Positions 43,346-58,157 of a DNA stretch of 64,000 nt are shown piece by piece. This DNA is from Octopus vulgaris (lineage: Eukaryota). The stretch lies in the NCBI GenBank assembly GCA_951406725.2, contig OX597817.1:84878001-84942000 (forward strand), read 5' to 3'. Every line of letters starts with the position of its first letter. Position 1 is the stretch's first letter. The translations under genes and the position numbers were made by a program. The notes beneath the pieces are model-generated. The model ran no database searches. It saw nothing but the letters and a program-made list of their open reading frames with translations, and was not told the DNA's origin.

Positions 43346-45469
43346 CTCATACAAATGTAAACTTGCAGTTTTATATATATAAAAAAAAAACCCTAATATT
43401 TTATACAAATAAAAGAGAGATAGTCTGTAATCTTTTGGGTTGCTATTACAACATTGAAATCATTGTCTTTCTGCAGGGATTATAAATGAGTTAAATAATA
43501 AGTAACTTTGACTCCAAGTTTCTAATTAGGACCAAACTCAGAAGTAAAATTTAAATGAAGTATAATAATTAACCAAGAAATGAAATTTCATCTGAATTTA
43601 CTGAAAGCTAATCACTACTCTATGGTATTTGTACACATATTTAAATAGTCATCAAATTTTTGAGAACCAAATGATCATCAATCCTTAATGAAACTGGCAA
43701 CTGATAATTTGAGATCTAAATCTTTAAAAATAACAACTAAAATTATCATGCATTAACAGAAATAATCACAGACAAAATCTACCCCTCACTACAATTTTAG
43801 GAAGAAGGGATTAAACTTTTATAGATTAATTATGTATAAGTATATTAAATTTATTTGAAAACAATTCTTAGTAACAAGTCATTATGGAAATAATAGTTCT
43901 ACTAAAATTGGTCAACTGTATGAAAATGCATTAAAAAAATCTTTAAAAATATAGAAAAAAAACGTACTCTTGTTTAGAAAAGCAAGCAAGTTTAATTTGT
44001 ATAGTCAGTTCATTTCAAGAGAACAGGAAAATGCTTTTATTTCATTCATTATTGAGATGATCAATGTTATTCAAAGAATAAAAAACAATTTAGGTAATAG
44101 GAAATTGGATTATTAAGAACAAGAATGTTTTTTTAGTTTTTGGTATTTTAATTTAAAATAAAAGGGTATGTTTATTTCATTTCTAAATTTACATTCAGTC
44201 AAATGGTTAATAAGAAATATATTAACAGTCAAACTTTTATGCCAATACAATAATTCTTAAAATAAAAAAAAATTACTCTTTAATCATTGTAGATCCTAAA
44301 AATAACACTTTGTAAAGGAATGACAAACTTTTATACCCAACAAAATATTTTTATTACATTAATCTATGAAATTATTCTTTTTAAAAGTGATTCACCACAG
44401 TAAAAACATTGCTGAAACACTTTTAAAGATATCCACTTAATGCATCCAATATAAGTATAGAAACTCGAAGCTATCAAGTGAGACAAGTGAATTGTGTCAA
44501 CAAAGATACTCAGTTAAGCTACAACTGTTGAACAATACATTTAAAAAAAAAAAATTATTAAATTAAATATCTTAGAAACAGATTTATGTAAGTCAATAAA
44601 AACTCAAAGACATGCAGGAATATCAGCATTTAACATGTAGAATCCTTTGGAATTCCTGAATTGAGGGGAGTTCCACTGAATGAAACACCATTATCTCAGC
44701 TACTACATTTTTTTCATCTCATCTCTTCTAATTACAACTATAGAATCAATTTTAATGATTTTACTTAAACTAACCTCTGGTTATAGGCCCATGGCTATTT
44801 ATCAAGTTCTCAAGTGTTTTTGTGTACATATAATTACATTCACTATCTTTGTGAAAGATCTGAGCTATTTTCAACTGCATGCACAGATCATTTGAATTTA
44901 AAACTAATTAATTGAAATAAATTATTTATGAACAAACTTTTCCAATTCTCTAACATCACACAAGTTTACCAAGAATTACAACTACAATCTGATGTTTCAT
45001 AGCCACAAACAGAAAGCATAAACTATAGCTGTAATATGTTGATAATACTTGAAAATGTTGGAAGTGTCTTTCTGAAGTCACAACCTAGCTGCTCCATGAT
45101 GCAATAACATCTTTAATTGTAGACAAAAAGTACCAGAGGTAGTCTGTAGCAACAAAATCAACTGGCTTTGAAAATTATTGTATATGCTTAACAATAAACT
45201 TAGGTCATCAACCTAATAATCATTTTCTAATTAATAGATAACCAATATACTAATGATTATATTCTCAAAATGATTTGATTAGGTAAACATATAGTTGACT
45301 TTTGATTATGTCGTATAACAAAGAATATATTATAGTCATATGAGGCTTCAAGTAACATAATTAAAACTAGCAATTCAGTAACATATTTAATGTTAAATAT
45401 ATGAATGCTTAGATGTGTACCTAGTATGTGTGTACCACATACATAAGCGAGCAGGCCAACAAAAGAAAG

Positions 45470-45646
45470 AGAGAGAGAAAGTTGTGGCGAAAGAGTACAG
45501 CAGGGATCGCCACCACCCCCTGCCGGAGCCTTGTGGAGCTTTAGGTGTTTTCGCTCAATAAACACTCACAACGCTCGGTCAGGGAATTGAAACTGCAATC
45601 CTACAATCACGAGTCCGCTGCCGTACCACTGGCCCATTGCACCTCC
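45470..45646 (-). mobile_element. Short tRNA-SINE
   Basis: Head ggaggtgcaatgggccagtggtacggcagcggactcgtgattgtaggattgcagtttcaattcc; ends in a (TC)n tract. Confidence 0.65.
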
Positions 45647-45684
45647 ATATATATATATATATACACACATACACATATATACCT

Positions 45685-46136
45685 TCATGGGAGCCAATCC
45701 AGCGACACTGGCAAAGACCATGCTCAATGTTGTTTTACATGTGCCACCGGCATGTGTGCTGGTAACGATCACACTCGAATGGTGCTTTTCATGTGTCACT
45801 GGCACGGGAGCCAATCCGTGGCCCTGGCAATGACCACGCTTGGATATGCCTTTAACGTTCCACTAGTATGAGTGCCAATCAGGCGGTACTGTCATCGGCC
45901 ATGTCAGTGATTTCAATTTGCTTACATTTGCTACAATAGGTCTTCACAAGCAAAGTGCATTGTCCAATGAATGAAGGGTACTCATCACGTTCAGATGTGC
46001 TTATAACATTCCACTGGCACGAGTGCCAATTGGGTGGTACTGTCACCGGCCACATCAGCAATTTTGATTTTGATTTCAATTGCATCAATAGGTCTTCACA
46101 AGCAAGGTTCATTGTCCAGTGAATGAGGGGTATTCA
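45685..46136 (-). repeat. Tandem-repeat 3' UTR region of an RTE-like element (left part, interrupted by the Tc1)
   Basis: Imperfect repeats of actggcacgggagccaatc and two ~150-bp units (gagtgccaat..ggtactgtca..ggtcttcacaagcaa..attgtcca.tgaatga.gggta). Confidence 0.6.
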
Positions 46137-46138
46137 TA

Positions 46139-47730
46139 CAGTGGAGGGAAATAAATATTCGTACATGTCAAAATTCTTTATTCATTTAATTTCTAATGAA
46201 TATAAATGGGATATACCAATACTATATTTGCATACACATGCATAAACTAGGAATATACAAAAGAAACTAATAAATTATAGTAACTAATGAATTTATATAC
46301 AATTATAAATATTTAGGGGTGAAAAAAAGTTTTCGTACGGAATAAATTTATGATTTTCTATGCCACAAAATACTGTTAAAATAATTTTTTTTTACTAGAA
46401 CTTTCTCGTTTGTTCCAATAATCTTATCAGTTGTAATTTTTAAGTGTCAAAACATTAGCTTCTTAATTCAGCACTGAGACAACAAAGTAGTATCGTAATA
46501 ATAGCGAAAAGTAAAGAACTCACAAATTCAGTGAAAACCATAACTATTGAACAGTGGAAAGCAGGTAAAAGTTACAGGAAAATATCAGAGACTCTTTGTA
46601 TTCCATTTTCTACCATATCTTCATTTATTCAAAGATATAAAAAATCGGGAACTGTTGAAAACAGAATAAGATCCGGTGCACCATGAAAGATTTCCCCTAG
46701 ATCTTTATGAAAAATGAAGCGAAGAATCGAAAAAAATGCAATGATCACCAGAAAGGTATTGCAAGAAGATTTGTTAGCTTCAGGGACTAGTGTTACACTA
46801 TGAACAAACAGTAATGAACTTCATAGGAATGAACTGAAGTCACACTCTCTTACAAAAACTCCGCTGTTGACTAAAAGGCATAGAGATGCCCATTTAAAAT
46901 TTGTTTATGAACATAAAGATAAATCTGATACATTCCGGAAAAATGTTCTATAGACAGATGAGTTGAAAATTGAATTGTTTGGACGAAATTTACATAGCCA
47001 TGTTTGGAGGAAAGATGGTACTGCCTATTCGCTGAAAAACACAATTCCTACTGTAAAGTTTGGAGGTGGCAACATCATGGTGTTTCTCTGCAAATGGTAC
47101 TGGCAATTTACATGTGATGGATGGTAGAATGAATGCAGGGATGTACCAAAATATTTTGAACAATAATTTATGGGACTCTGTAGAAAAGCTCCAGCTTTGT
47201 GAAGTGTGGGTTTTACAACAGGATAATGACCCTAAGCACATGGTGAGTCTACCGAGAAATGGACTGTTGATCACAATATAAAATTATTAGAATGGCCAAG
47301 CCAGTTACCTGACTTGAACCCCATTGAAAATTTGTGGCGTTATTTGAAAATTAAAATTCATTCAAGAGCTCCAACGTGCATTGCAGATTTGAAAAAAATT
47401 TGTCAAGAAGAATGGGAAAAATTCCTAAAGAAATATGTGAGTCATTGATTAAGAACTACAAGTAAAGATTGGTTGAAGTGGAACTGAATAATGGTTATGC
47501 TACGAAGTATTAAATCAGAATTATCAGTTATTTATGTTCTGTACGAATACTTTTTCACCCCTAAATATTTATAATTGAATATAGTTACTATAATTTATTA
47601 GTTTCTTTTGCATATTCTTAGTTTATGCATGTGTATGCAAATATAGTATTGGTATATCCCATTTATGTTCATTAGAAATTAAATAAATAAAGAACTTTGA
47701 TATGTACAGATATTTATTTCCCCCCCACCA
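46139..47730 (+). mobile_element. Full-length Tc1-family DNA transposon with ~200-bp IR/DR-type TIRs
   Basis: TA|CAGTGGAGGGAAATAAATATTCGTAC start. 46139-~46342 is the reverse complement of ~47538-47730. Each TIR carries outer and inner related motifs (GGGAAATAAATATTCGTAC / GGGTGAAAAAGTATTCGTAC). Confidence 0.93.
46501..47513 (+). pseudogene. Tc1 DDE transposase pseudogene
   Basis: (M)AKSKEL..GKSYRKIS..RSGAP*K..VL*TDELKIELFG..PTVKFGGGNIMV..LQQDNDPKH..LEWPSQLPDLNPIENLW..NNGYATKY*. Start codon mutated to ATA; several stops and frameshifts. Confidence 0.93.
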
Positions 47731-48104
47731 CTAAAAATGGGCTGGTTATACCTACTGGCATAGGCCATGGGTTATGGTCTCACTTGGCTTATTGAGTCTT
47801 CTCAAGCACAGCATGTCTCCAAAGTTCTCAGTTACTAGTCATTGCATTAGTAAGGTCCAATGTTCAAAGGTCATGCTTTACCACCTCATCCTAGGTTTTT
47901 CTGGGTCTGCCTCTTTCACAGGTTCCTTCAACTGCTAGGGTGCTACACTTTTTCACATAGCTGTCCTCATTCATTCACAACACATGACCAAACCAGCGCA
48001 GTCATCTCTCTCGCACATGCGATGCTTCTTAGATCCAACTTTTCTCTCAAGGCGCTTACACTCTGTTGTGTATGCACATTGACATTACACATCCAGTGAA
48101 GCAT
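47731..48104 (-). mobile_element. RTE LINE 3' end (right part of the element split by the Tc1)
   Basis: [61 protein letters not shown]. Confidence 0.8.
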
Positions 48105-48344
48105 ATATATATATATGTACATATATATATATACATATCTATATAAGTATACATGCATATATATATATGTACATATATATATACATATCTATATAAATAT
48201 ACATACATATATATATATCTATATACATACATATATAAAAATTCAGGGTCAGTACTTGATAATTGTAAGCACCTGTATATACCATTTGGTGGTGTAGGTG
48301 GTGGAGTAAATTAATCAAAATAAAAACATGATGCCAAGAATTCA

Positions 48345-48422
48345 GCGGTACATATGTTTCGGGCCTTTATTAGACGGATTTATAACAATGCATAATGTGT
48401 GTCTATGGCCTTCTTCAGCCGC
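48345..48422 (-). ncRNA. Type I hammerhead ribozyme motif (minimal, palindromic stem III)
   Basis: Minus strand: gcgg-CTGAAGA-aggccatagac...gtctaataaaggccc-GAAA-catatg-TA-ccgc. Stem I gcgg/ccgc, stem II ggcc/ggcc plus tagac/gtcta, cleavage triplet GUA. Confidence 0.75.
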
Positions 48423-48580
48423 GCACAATTACTACTTCAAGGACATCTATTACATCAAAAACTCTACGTTGGGGATGCAAATCCTCTCAGTCACGTACAA
48501 CATAATGCGGCACCAGCACAAAAATGAAGCGCCCATCCCGTCTTTCTCTCAATCTATATACATACATATATATATGTACA

Positions 48581-48623
<43 letters not shown>

Positions 48624-48878
48624 GAGTTCAATTTAGGGACAGTTGGTTGCAACCTACTTTTGGAATAAACCCATTGTTCTGTCAGATTCACGAAGGAGTA
48701 ATGAGCTTTTAGGGGACCTTTGGCCTTGTGCTGGTCAAGGAAAGTTCGAGGAAACCCCTTAAAAGCAAAGAGATGTGAGTTTGTTAGTCAGTCGAGGACA
48801 GAGCAAGTGAGTAACAGGTTGTTTCTGCTGTGAGAGATGAAGGGGCAGTTGGCAGTCGGGATTCATCGAGTTAGCAGT

Positions 48879-49053
48879 GGAAGGTAAAAGGGTGCAGGTC
48901 AAATGAATGGTGATTTTGTTGTTTTCTTTTGTGAATGACATATACACACAGATAGCCATTAATGCAGTTATATACATACACACACATAGACACTCATTCA
49001 CAAAAGAAAACAACAAAATCACCATTCATTTGACCTGCACCCTTTTACCTTCC
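48879..49053. repeat. Perfect 60-bp inverted repeat, 55-nt spacer
   Basis: 48879-48938 (ggaaggtaaaagggtgcaggtc...gtgaatga) is the reverse complement of 48994-49053. Confidence 0.92.
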
Positions 49054-49244
49054 TATTCTTAGGTCTCTCTCCTACAACCTTGTTTGAACCCTTGAACCTT
49101 CTAGAATCTTCTACATTCAACCATTTTTGACGTCACTGCTTATAACGGAATATTTTAAAGAAACACTCATTATCGCTATGGGCTCCGTGTGGGCAGGCAT
49201 CTAAAAATTTTTGTGCATCTTGATGCTGACATAAGTTCCTTACT

Positions 49245-49327
49245 TTTTCCTGATGAGAAGGTGGCATAATGCACCCCTTATTCCTTCGAAATTAGGAATA
49301 TGCAGCCTTCGAAACATATGTCGAAAA
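49245..49327 (+). ncRNA. Type I hammerhead ribozyme motif (intact core)
   Basis: ttttc-CTGATGA-gaaggtggcat...tattcct..aggaata.tgcagccttc-GAAA-catatg-TC-gaaaa. Stem I ttttc/gaaaa, stem II gaagg/ccttc, palindromic CATATG, cleavage triplet GUC at 49320-49322. Confidence 0.85.
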
Positions 49328-49374
49328 TAAAATAAAGGAATTTTCTTAATTCGTTGTTCAACTCTATTCTTTCA

Positions 49375-49417
<43 letters not shown>

Positions 49418-49474
49418 GAAATATTAAAATAACTAAGTCTCTCTAAAAGAGAACAGCGGCAGCGTTCCCGGAAA

Positions 49475-49635
49475 ATAATAGTTATCGCCATACTAATATG
49501 GCATTCTTATAAAAATAAGAAAAAAGCTGTGTATCAAATAGCTAACTTAAGGCGATGGCCTCATGGAGCTAATAAGCGGACAGCTTTTTTCTTATTTTTA
49601 TAAGAATGCCATATTAGTATGGCGATAACTATTAT
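49475..49635. repeat. Perfect 56-bp inverted repeat, 49-nt spacer, abutting (TA)n
   Basis: 49475-49530 (ataatagttatcgcc...aaaaaagctgt) is the reverse complement of 49580-49635. Confidence 0.92.
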
Positions 49636-49981
49636 ATATATATAGATATGTATATACATACATATATATATATACATATACATACAAATATATATATACA
49701 TACATATATACATATATATACACATACATATTTATATACATATATATATATACATGCACACACATATATATACGCACACACACATATATACACACACACA
49801 CATATATACACCGACACATACACATATATACACACACATACACATATATACATACACACATACACACACACATACACATATATACATACACACATACACG
49901 TATATACACGCACACATACACATATATACACACACATACACACATATACACACACACATACACACACACACACACACACAT

Positions 49982-50058
<77 letters not shown>

Positions 50059-50100
50059 TATATATATATAGATATACACATATATATAAATAAATATACA
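49636..50100. repeat. Compound (TA)n/(CA)n microsatellite
   Basis: Directly visible in the sequence. Confidence 0.95.
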
Positions 50101-51660
50101 CAAGCGGAAAAGCACCCAGAAATGAAGTGTTGAAAGAAAACAAAGATGGCCTTGTTCCACATTTATCCAAGTTACTAAAGGTTGGAAGTAAAAATTCCAC
50201 AGGATATGAGAGATCCCAAGATCATCACTCTCTATGAAAATAAAGGGGACTAGGTAGATTGCAAAAACTATGGAGGCATCTCACTTCTGAGCATCACTGG
50301 AAAAGTTTTTGCGAGGACCATTCTGATACGACTTCAGAAGCTAGCAGAAAGAGTACAACTAGAGAGCCAGAGTGGTTTTAGATCTAACCACTCAACAATG
50401 GATATGATCTCCATTCGTCAACTACAAGAAAAATGCCAGGAGCAGCAATTACCACTATACATAGCATTTGTCGATCTGACAAAGGCATTTAATACAGTCA
50501 GCAGATCATGACTGTACATGCTGCATGGAAAATGTGGCTGTCTCCCATTGTTTCGTTCCATGATGACATGAAGGCCACCATTCAGTTTGACAGTTTAATA
50601 TCAGTTAGCTTCAACCTCAACAGTGGAGTAAAACAGGTTTGTGTCTTAGCACCAATCCTTTTCAGCATTAACTTTGCTGTATTGCTGCAGTATGCATTTC
50701 AAGAGTTGCCAGGAGATGTCTACCTTTGTTGCAGAACTGATGGGTCACTCTTTGATCTTTCTAGACTTCGGACCAAGATTGAGATCAATAGAACAACGAT
50801 AAAAGACTTTCTCTTCGCTAATGATGCAGCACTTGTTGCTCACAGTGAATTAATATTACAAATAATGATGGACCACCTATTATCAGCATGCAAGGCCCTC
50901 GGTTTGGTCATCAGTGTAAAGAAGACAGTCATCCTCACTCAGGAGGGTGCAGTGAAATGCCATATCAAGCATGATAACAAAGAGCTTGAGACAGTGGACA
51001 GGTTCTGCTATCTAGGGTCTACCATTTCCTCCACTACTTCACATGATGATGAGATTAATGTCAGGATAGGGAAGGTAGCAACAACTTTTGGGAGGCTGAT
51101 AAAATGAGTATGGAAGAACAAGAGATAAGAAATCAAGACAAAGATCACGATTTATGAAGCATGTGTTCTCAGCAACACCTTGTACAGCAGATAGGAAAGG
51201 TGCCTTGGCATTTTTCATCTCAGATGGCTACGCAAGATCTTAGGACAAACAAGGCACAACAAGGTCATCAATGTTGAAGTGCTGGCACAGGTGAATCTTC
51301 AAAGCATGACAGCGATCTTGTGTATGAGAAGACTAAGGTGGCTGGGGCATGTCAGGAGAATGGATGGCCATCGAATCCTGAAGCAACTACTCTCTGGAGA
51401 ACTGGCCCAGGGCAAGAGACCAAGAGGAATACCAAAACTGAGGTAAAAGGACACTTGCAAAACTAGTTTGACCAAGTGTGAGGTGGATGTCAGTAACTGC
51501 GAAGAGAGGGCTGAGGACAGAACAACATGAAGGACTGTGGTGAAGGAAGGAACTGCTTCGCTAGAGAGCAACTACAGAAACAAATAAGTTGAGAAGTGTC
51601 AGCGGCAAAACGAAAACAACAGAAATGCAGAGCATCGAGCCAACCACAGACATACGTAAA
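50101..51660 (+). mobile_element. RTE-clade LINE, 5'-truncated, decayed reverse transcriptase
   Basis: CKNYGGISLLSITGKVFAR..ESQSGFR..RQLQEKC.EQQLPLYIAFVDLTKAFNTV..GVKQVCVLAPILF..FLFANDAAL..FCYLGS..RRLRWLGHVRRM..KDTCK; includes ORF 50508-51107. Confidence 0.93.
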
Positions 51661-51759
51661 CAACCACAACCACACACACATAGACATGCTATCATCACAC
51701 ACACACAGAGACCTGCTTACATACACATACCCACACATAAACATACATACCTCCATTTC

Positions 51760-52021
51760 TTGCACTCTCCTGTCTTTGAAAGAACTTTTTCTTCACCCAT
51801 TCCTTTCCGGTCATTTCTATATGTGACTGCATGTATATCATTGGCGATTTTCTTTCTCTGTCTTTCATTCTTTAGACATTTTCTTTATTTCAGATGAAGA
51901 GCTCCACTTGAAATTTGAAATTCTCTTTTGTTTCTTTCCTTTCCTGAGCATCCTATAACACTATACTTATTCCACATCCTCACTTAGTTGTTTTTTCTTG
52001 CTTGTTCATGTTTGGATTGAC

Positions 52022-52022
<1 letters not shown>
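51760..52022 (+). mobile_element. Non-autonomous repeat with decayed hammerhead-like motif, related to 57943-58160
   Basis: gatgaagagctccacttgaaa followed by ttcctgagcatcc...; ends in (TA)n. Same layout as the reverse complement of 57943-58160. Confidence 0.4.
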
Positions 52023-52092
<70 letters not shown>

Positions 52093-52115
52093 GTATATAG
52101 ATATAAAAATATGTC

Positions 52116-52150
<35 letters not shown>

Positions 52151-52384
52151 GTATATAGATATAAAAATTTGTCTATATATATATATATATATATATAAAT
52201 GTATATAGATATAAAAATGTCTACATACAAAGATATAAGGATATGTACATATATATACATATACATATATATATATATATATACATAAACATACATATAT
52301 AAATAAACATACATATATACACATATACGTACATATATATACATATATATATAGACACATATATACACATGTATATATATACAC

Positions 52385-52415
<31 letters not shown>

Positions 52416-52971
52416 TGTATATATATACACATATATATATATACACACACATATACATACGTATATATATATACACACACATATACATACGTATATATAT
52501 ATACACACACATATACATACACACATATATACATATATATATATACACAAATATACATATATATATATACACACAAATATACATATATATATATATACAC
52601 ATATACATACACACACATAGATATACACATATATATATATACACATATATACATATATATATACTCACATATATATACATATATATATACACATATATAT
52701 ACATACACACATATATATACATATATATATACACACATATATATACATACACACATATATATACATATATATACATACACACATATATATACATATATAT
52801 ACATACACACATATATATACATATATATACATACACACATATATATACATATATATATATACACACATATATATATACACACATATATATATATATACAT
52901 ATATATATACACATATATATATACATATATATACACATATATATGCATACATATATATATATATATATATA
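52022..52971. repeat. Compound TA/TACA microsatellite with embedded ~33-bp units
   Basis: Directly visible; ataaatgtatatagatataaaaat(a/t)tgtct occurs three times at ~52088-52225. Confidence 0.95.
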
Positions 52972-53811
52972 CGAGGGGCGTTCAATAAGTAATGCCCCTG
53001 ACCCACTTGCAGTTGTTTGATCTAGCTGAAATTTTGCATGTGCACTTATTTATACCTCTATAGATTAAGTGGCGAATTACAGCTCTGAACTAATTGTGGT
53101 TTCTGATTTACAGGTGTTTGAACTGAGTCAAGTGTGAAATGGAGCCTGTTGAGTGTCGAGCAGTGATCTGGTTTTTGTATTTGAAAGGATGCACACCATG
53201 GGAGACTTTTGATGAAATGAAAGTAACTTATGGTGATGATGCCCCATCATATGACCTTGTAAAACGCTGGCATTGTGAATTCAAACATAGTCGGAACTCT
53301 GTGGAAACAGCTCCCAGATCTGGTCGCCCCCTTTTGCCGTTGATGAGACGTCTGTCCATCAAGTTGAGGCTGCCACTTTGGAAGGTCAACGCATAACTAT
53401 TCGCCAAATAGCCCATAAGGTCAAGATTAGTACCGGGTCTGTGGAAACTATCATTCATGACCATTTGCATATGCAAAAGGTGTCTGCCAGATGGATTTCC
53501 AGGTTGCTCACACCTTTCCAGAAGCAAGAATGCGTTGAGTGCTCGAGGATGAATTTGAGATGTGCCAAGAAGATGAGTCAAAATTTTTCAAAAGACTGAT
53601 CACACAGGATAAAACCTGGGTCCATCACTATGATCCATAGACCAAAGCCCAGTCAATGCAGTGAAAGCACCGTGACTCACCTCCTCCAAAGAAGGCAAGG
53701 GTGCAGCCCTCCGCTGACAAGGTTATGCTCACAGTCTTCTGGGACCAGGACGGAGTAGTGATGACAGATTTCCTGGCAAAGGGTACCACAATTACAGGAG
53801 CCTATTATGCT
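52972..53811 (+). mobile_element. mariner element (irritans/Himar1-like), 3'-truncated transposase pseudogene starting at 53139
   Basis: TA|CGAGGGGCGTTCAATAAGTAATGC left end. MEPVECRAVI..APRSGRP..ITIRQIA..KVSARWISRLL..ITQDKTWVHHYDP*TKAQSMQ*..KVMLTVFWD..TITGAYYA. No right TIR found. Confidence 0.9.
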
Positions 53812-54149
53812 TTTATGAAAGGATTTCGTCTATTTATTTCTGCTGTCCACTTACAAGGGTAATTCAATTGACAAGGAAAACTATACGTGATGAACATACA
53901 ATACCAAACCATCTTAATTTACATATTGAAACAGCATTAAACTTTGGCAAGCTTACTTTTACCTATTCTAAGTTACTTGAAAGATGATGTTCTCTTCCCT
54001 CTCTTCTGATTGTTGATACCTTTATTTCTTTACCTTTGATACCGTTGTTTCACTTTAAAGAATCTTTTTTACCCAGCCATTATATTTCAACTGCTGTCCA
54101 TTGTTTCAAATAGGTTTTAGAATTGTCATTCTAGCCTTTTTTAAACACA

Positions 54150-55977
<1,828 letters not shown>

Positions 55978-56099
55978 TACTATATACTGAACCTTACAAA
56001 GGTCCTGACAATTAATTTGTCGTATTTACATACCGAAATTTACCGGTAAATAATTGTTGGTTACATGATAAACCACAGGAAAATTATTTACCATTTTTC

Positions 56100-56173
56100 T
56101 TATATATATACATACATATATATATACATACATACATACATATATATATATATACATACATACATATATATAT

Positions 56174-56206
<33 letters not shown>

Positions 56207-56601
56207 TACATATATATATATACATACATACATATATATATACATATATATATACATACATATATATATATACATACATACATACATATATATATACATA
56301 CATATATACATACATATATATATATATACATACATACATACATATATCTATATATATATATACATATATCTATATATATATACATATATCTATATATATA
56401 TATACATACATCTATATATATATACATACATACATATATATACATACATACATATATATACATATACATATATATATATACATACATACTATATATACAT
56501 ACATACATATATATACATACATACATATATATACATACATACATATATATACATACATACATATATATACATACATACATATATATACATACATACATAT
56601 A

Positions 56602-56635
<34 letters not shown>

Positions 56636-57110
56636 CGTATATATATATATACATACATATATATATATATATATACATACATATATATATATATACATAC
56701 ACATATATATATATATACATACACATATATATATATATACATACACATATATATATATATACATACACATATATATACATATATATATACACATATATAT
56801 ACATATATATACATACACATATATATACATATATATATATACACATATATACACATATATATATATACACATATATATATACAAGCACATATATACACAT
56901 ATATATATACACATATATATATATACATATATATATATATACACATATATATATATATACACATATATATATATACATATACACACATATATATACACAT
57001 ATATATATACACATATATATACACATATATATATAGACATATATATACACATATATATAGACATATATATACACATATATACATATATATACACACACAC
57101 ATATATATAT
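56100..57110. repeat. Compound TA/TACA microsatellite
   Basis: Directly visible in the sequence. Confidence 0.95.
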
Positions 57111-57111
57111 A

Positions 57112-57450
57112 AATAATAAATAAGACCCCCTTCGGTCATGAATGAGCATGGGATTGCACCTAGAAAGTTACCCTCGTAGACACAAGTCCGGGCAAGGTTG
57201 TTTATGGAAGACCAGCAGTCGCCCATGCATACCAGCCTCCCCTCTCCACGCCACCAGTGTTATCCAAGGGAAAGACAAAGGTCGATACAGCTTGGCACCA
57301 GTGACATTGCAACTTATTTCTACAGCTGAGTGAACTGGAGCAACGTGAAATAAAGTGCCTTGCTCAAGAACACAACACGCAGCCCGGTCCGGGATTTGAG
57401 CTCACAACCTCACGATCGTAAGCTCGACGCTCTAACCACTGAGCCATACA
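57112..57450 (-). mobile_element. Full-length, CpG-rich tRNA-SINE
   Basis: Head gtatggctcagtggttagagcgtcgagcttacgatcgtgaggttgtgagctcaaatcccgg (A/B boxes); shared core; (TTA)-rich tail. Confidence 0.8.
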
Positions 57451-57891
57451 CACACATATATATATATACATATACACATATATATATACACACACACATA
57501 TATATATATATACACACATATATATATACACACACACATATATATATATATACACACATATATATATATATATACACACACACACATATATATACATATA
57601 TATATATATATACACACACATATATATATACACATATGTATACACACACACACATATATATATACATATACACACACATATATATATACATATACATATA
57701 TGTATATACACACACACACATATATATATACATATACATATATGTATATACACACACACATATATATATACATATATGTATATACACACACACACACACA
57801 TATATATATACATATACATATATGTATATACACACACATATATATATACATATATGTATATACACACAGACACATATATATATATATATAT

Positions 57892-57942
<51 letters not shown>

Positions 57943-57946
<4 letters not shown>

Positions 57947-58157
57947 ACGGGAAGGTTTACGAAAATAAACAAAAGACGAAGGCAGTTGGAGTACAAACAA
58001 ACAAATGTATTAGGATGGCGCTCAGGAATAGAAATAGAACAAGTCTTTTACGTTTCGAACCTACGCTCTTCGACAGAAAGATACACAGAAAAAAAACGAG
58101 GAGAGAATCAAGGAGAGAAAAAAATGCGTGTAGGAGCTAACGGTCTACCATGGCGTC

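Noticed and set aside
45685-46136. Repeat-spacer-like pattern resembling a CRISPR array
   Set aside because: Eukaryotic context; the units are degenerate tandem repeats with homologous 'spacers' in an RTE tail, and there are no cas genes.
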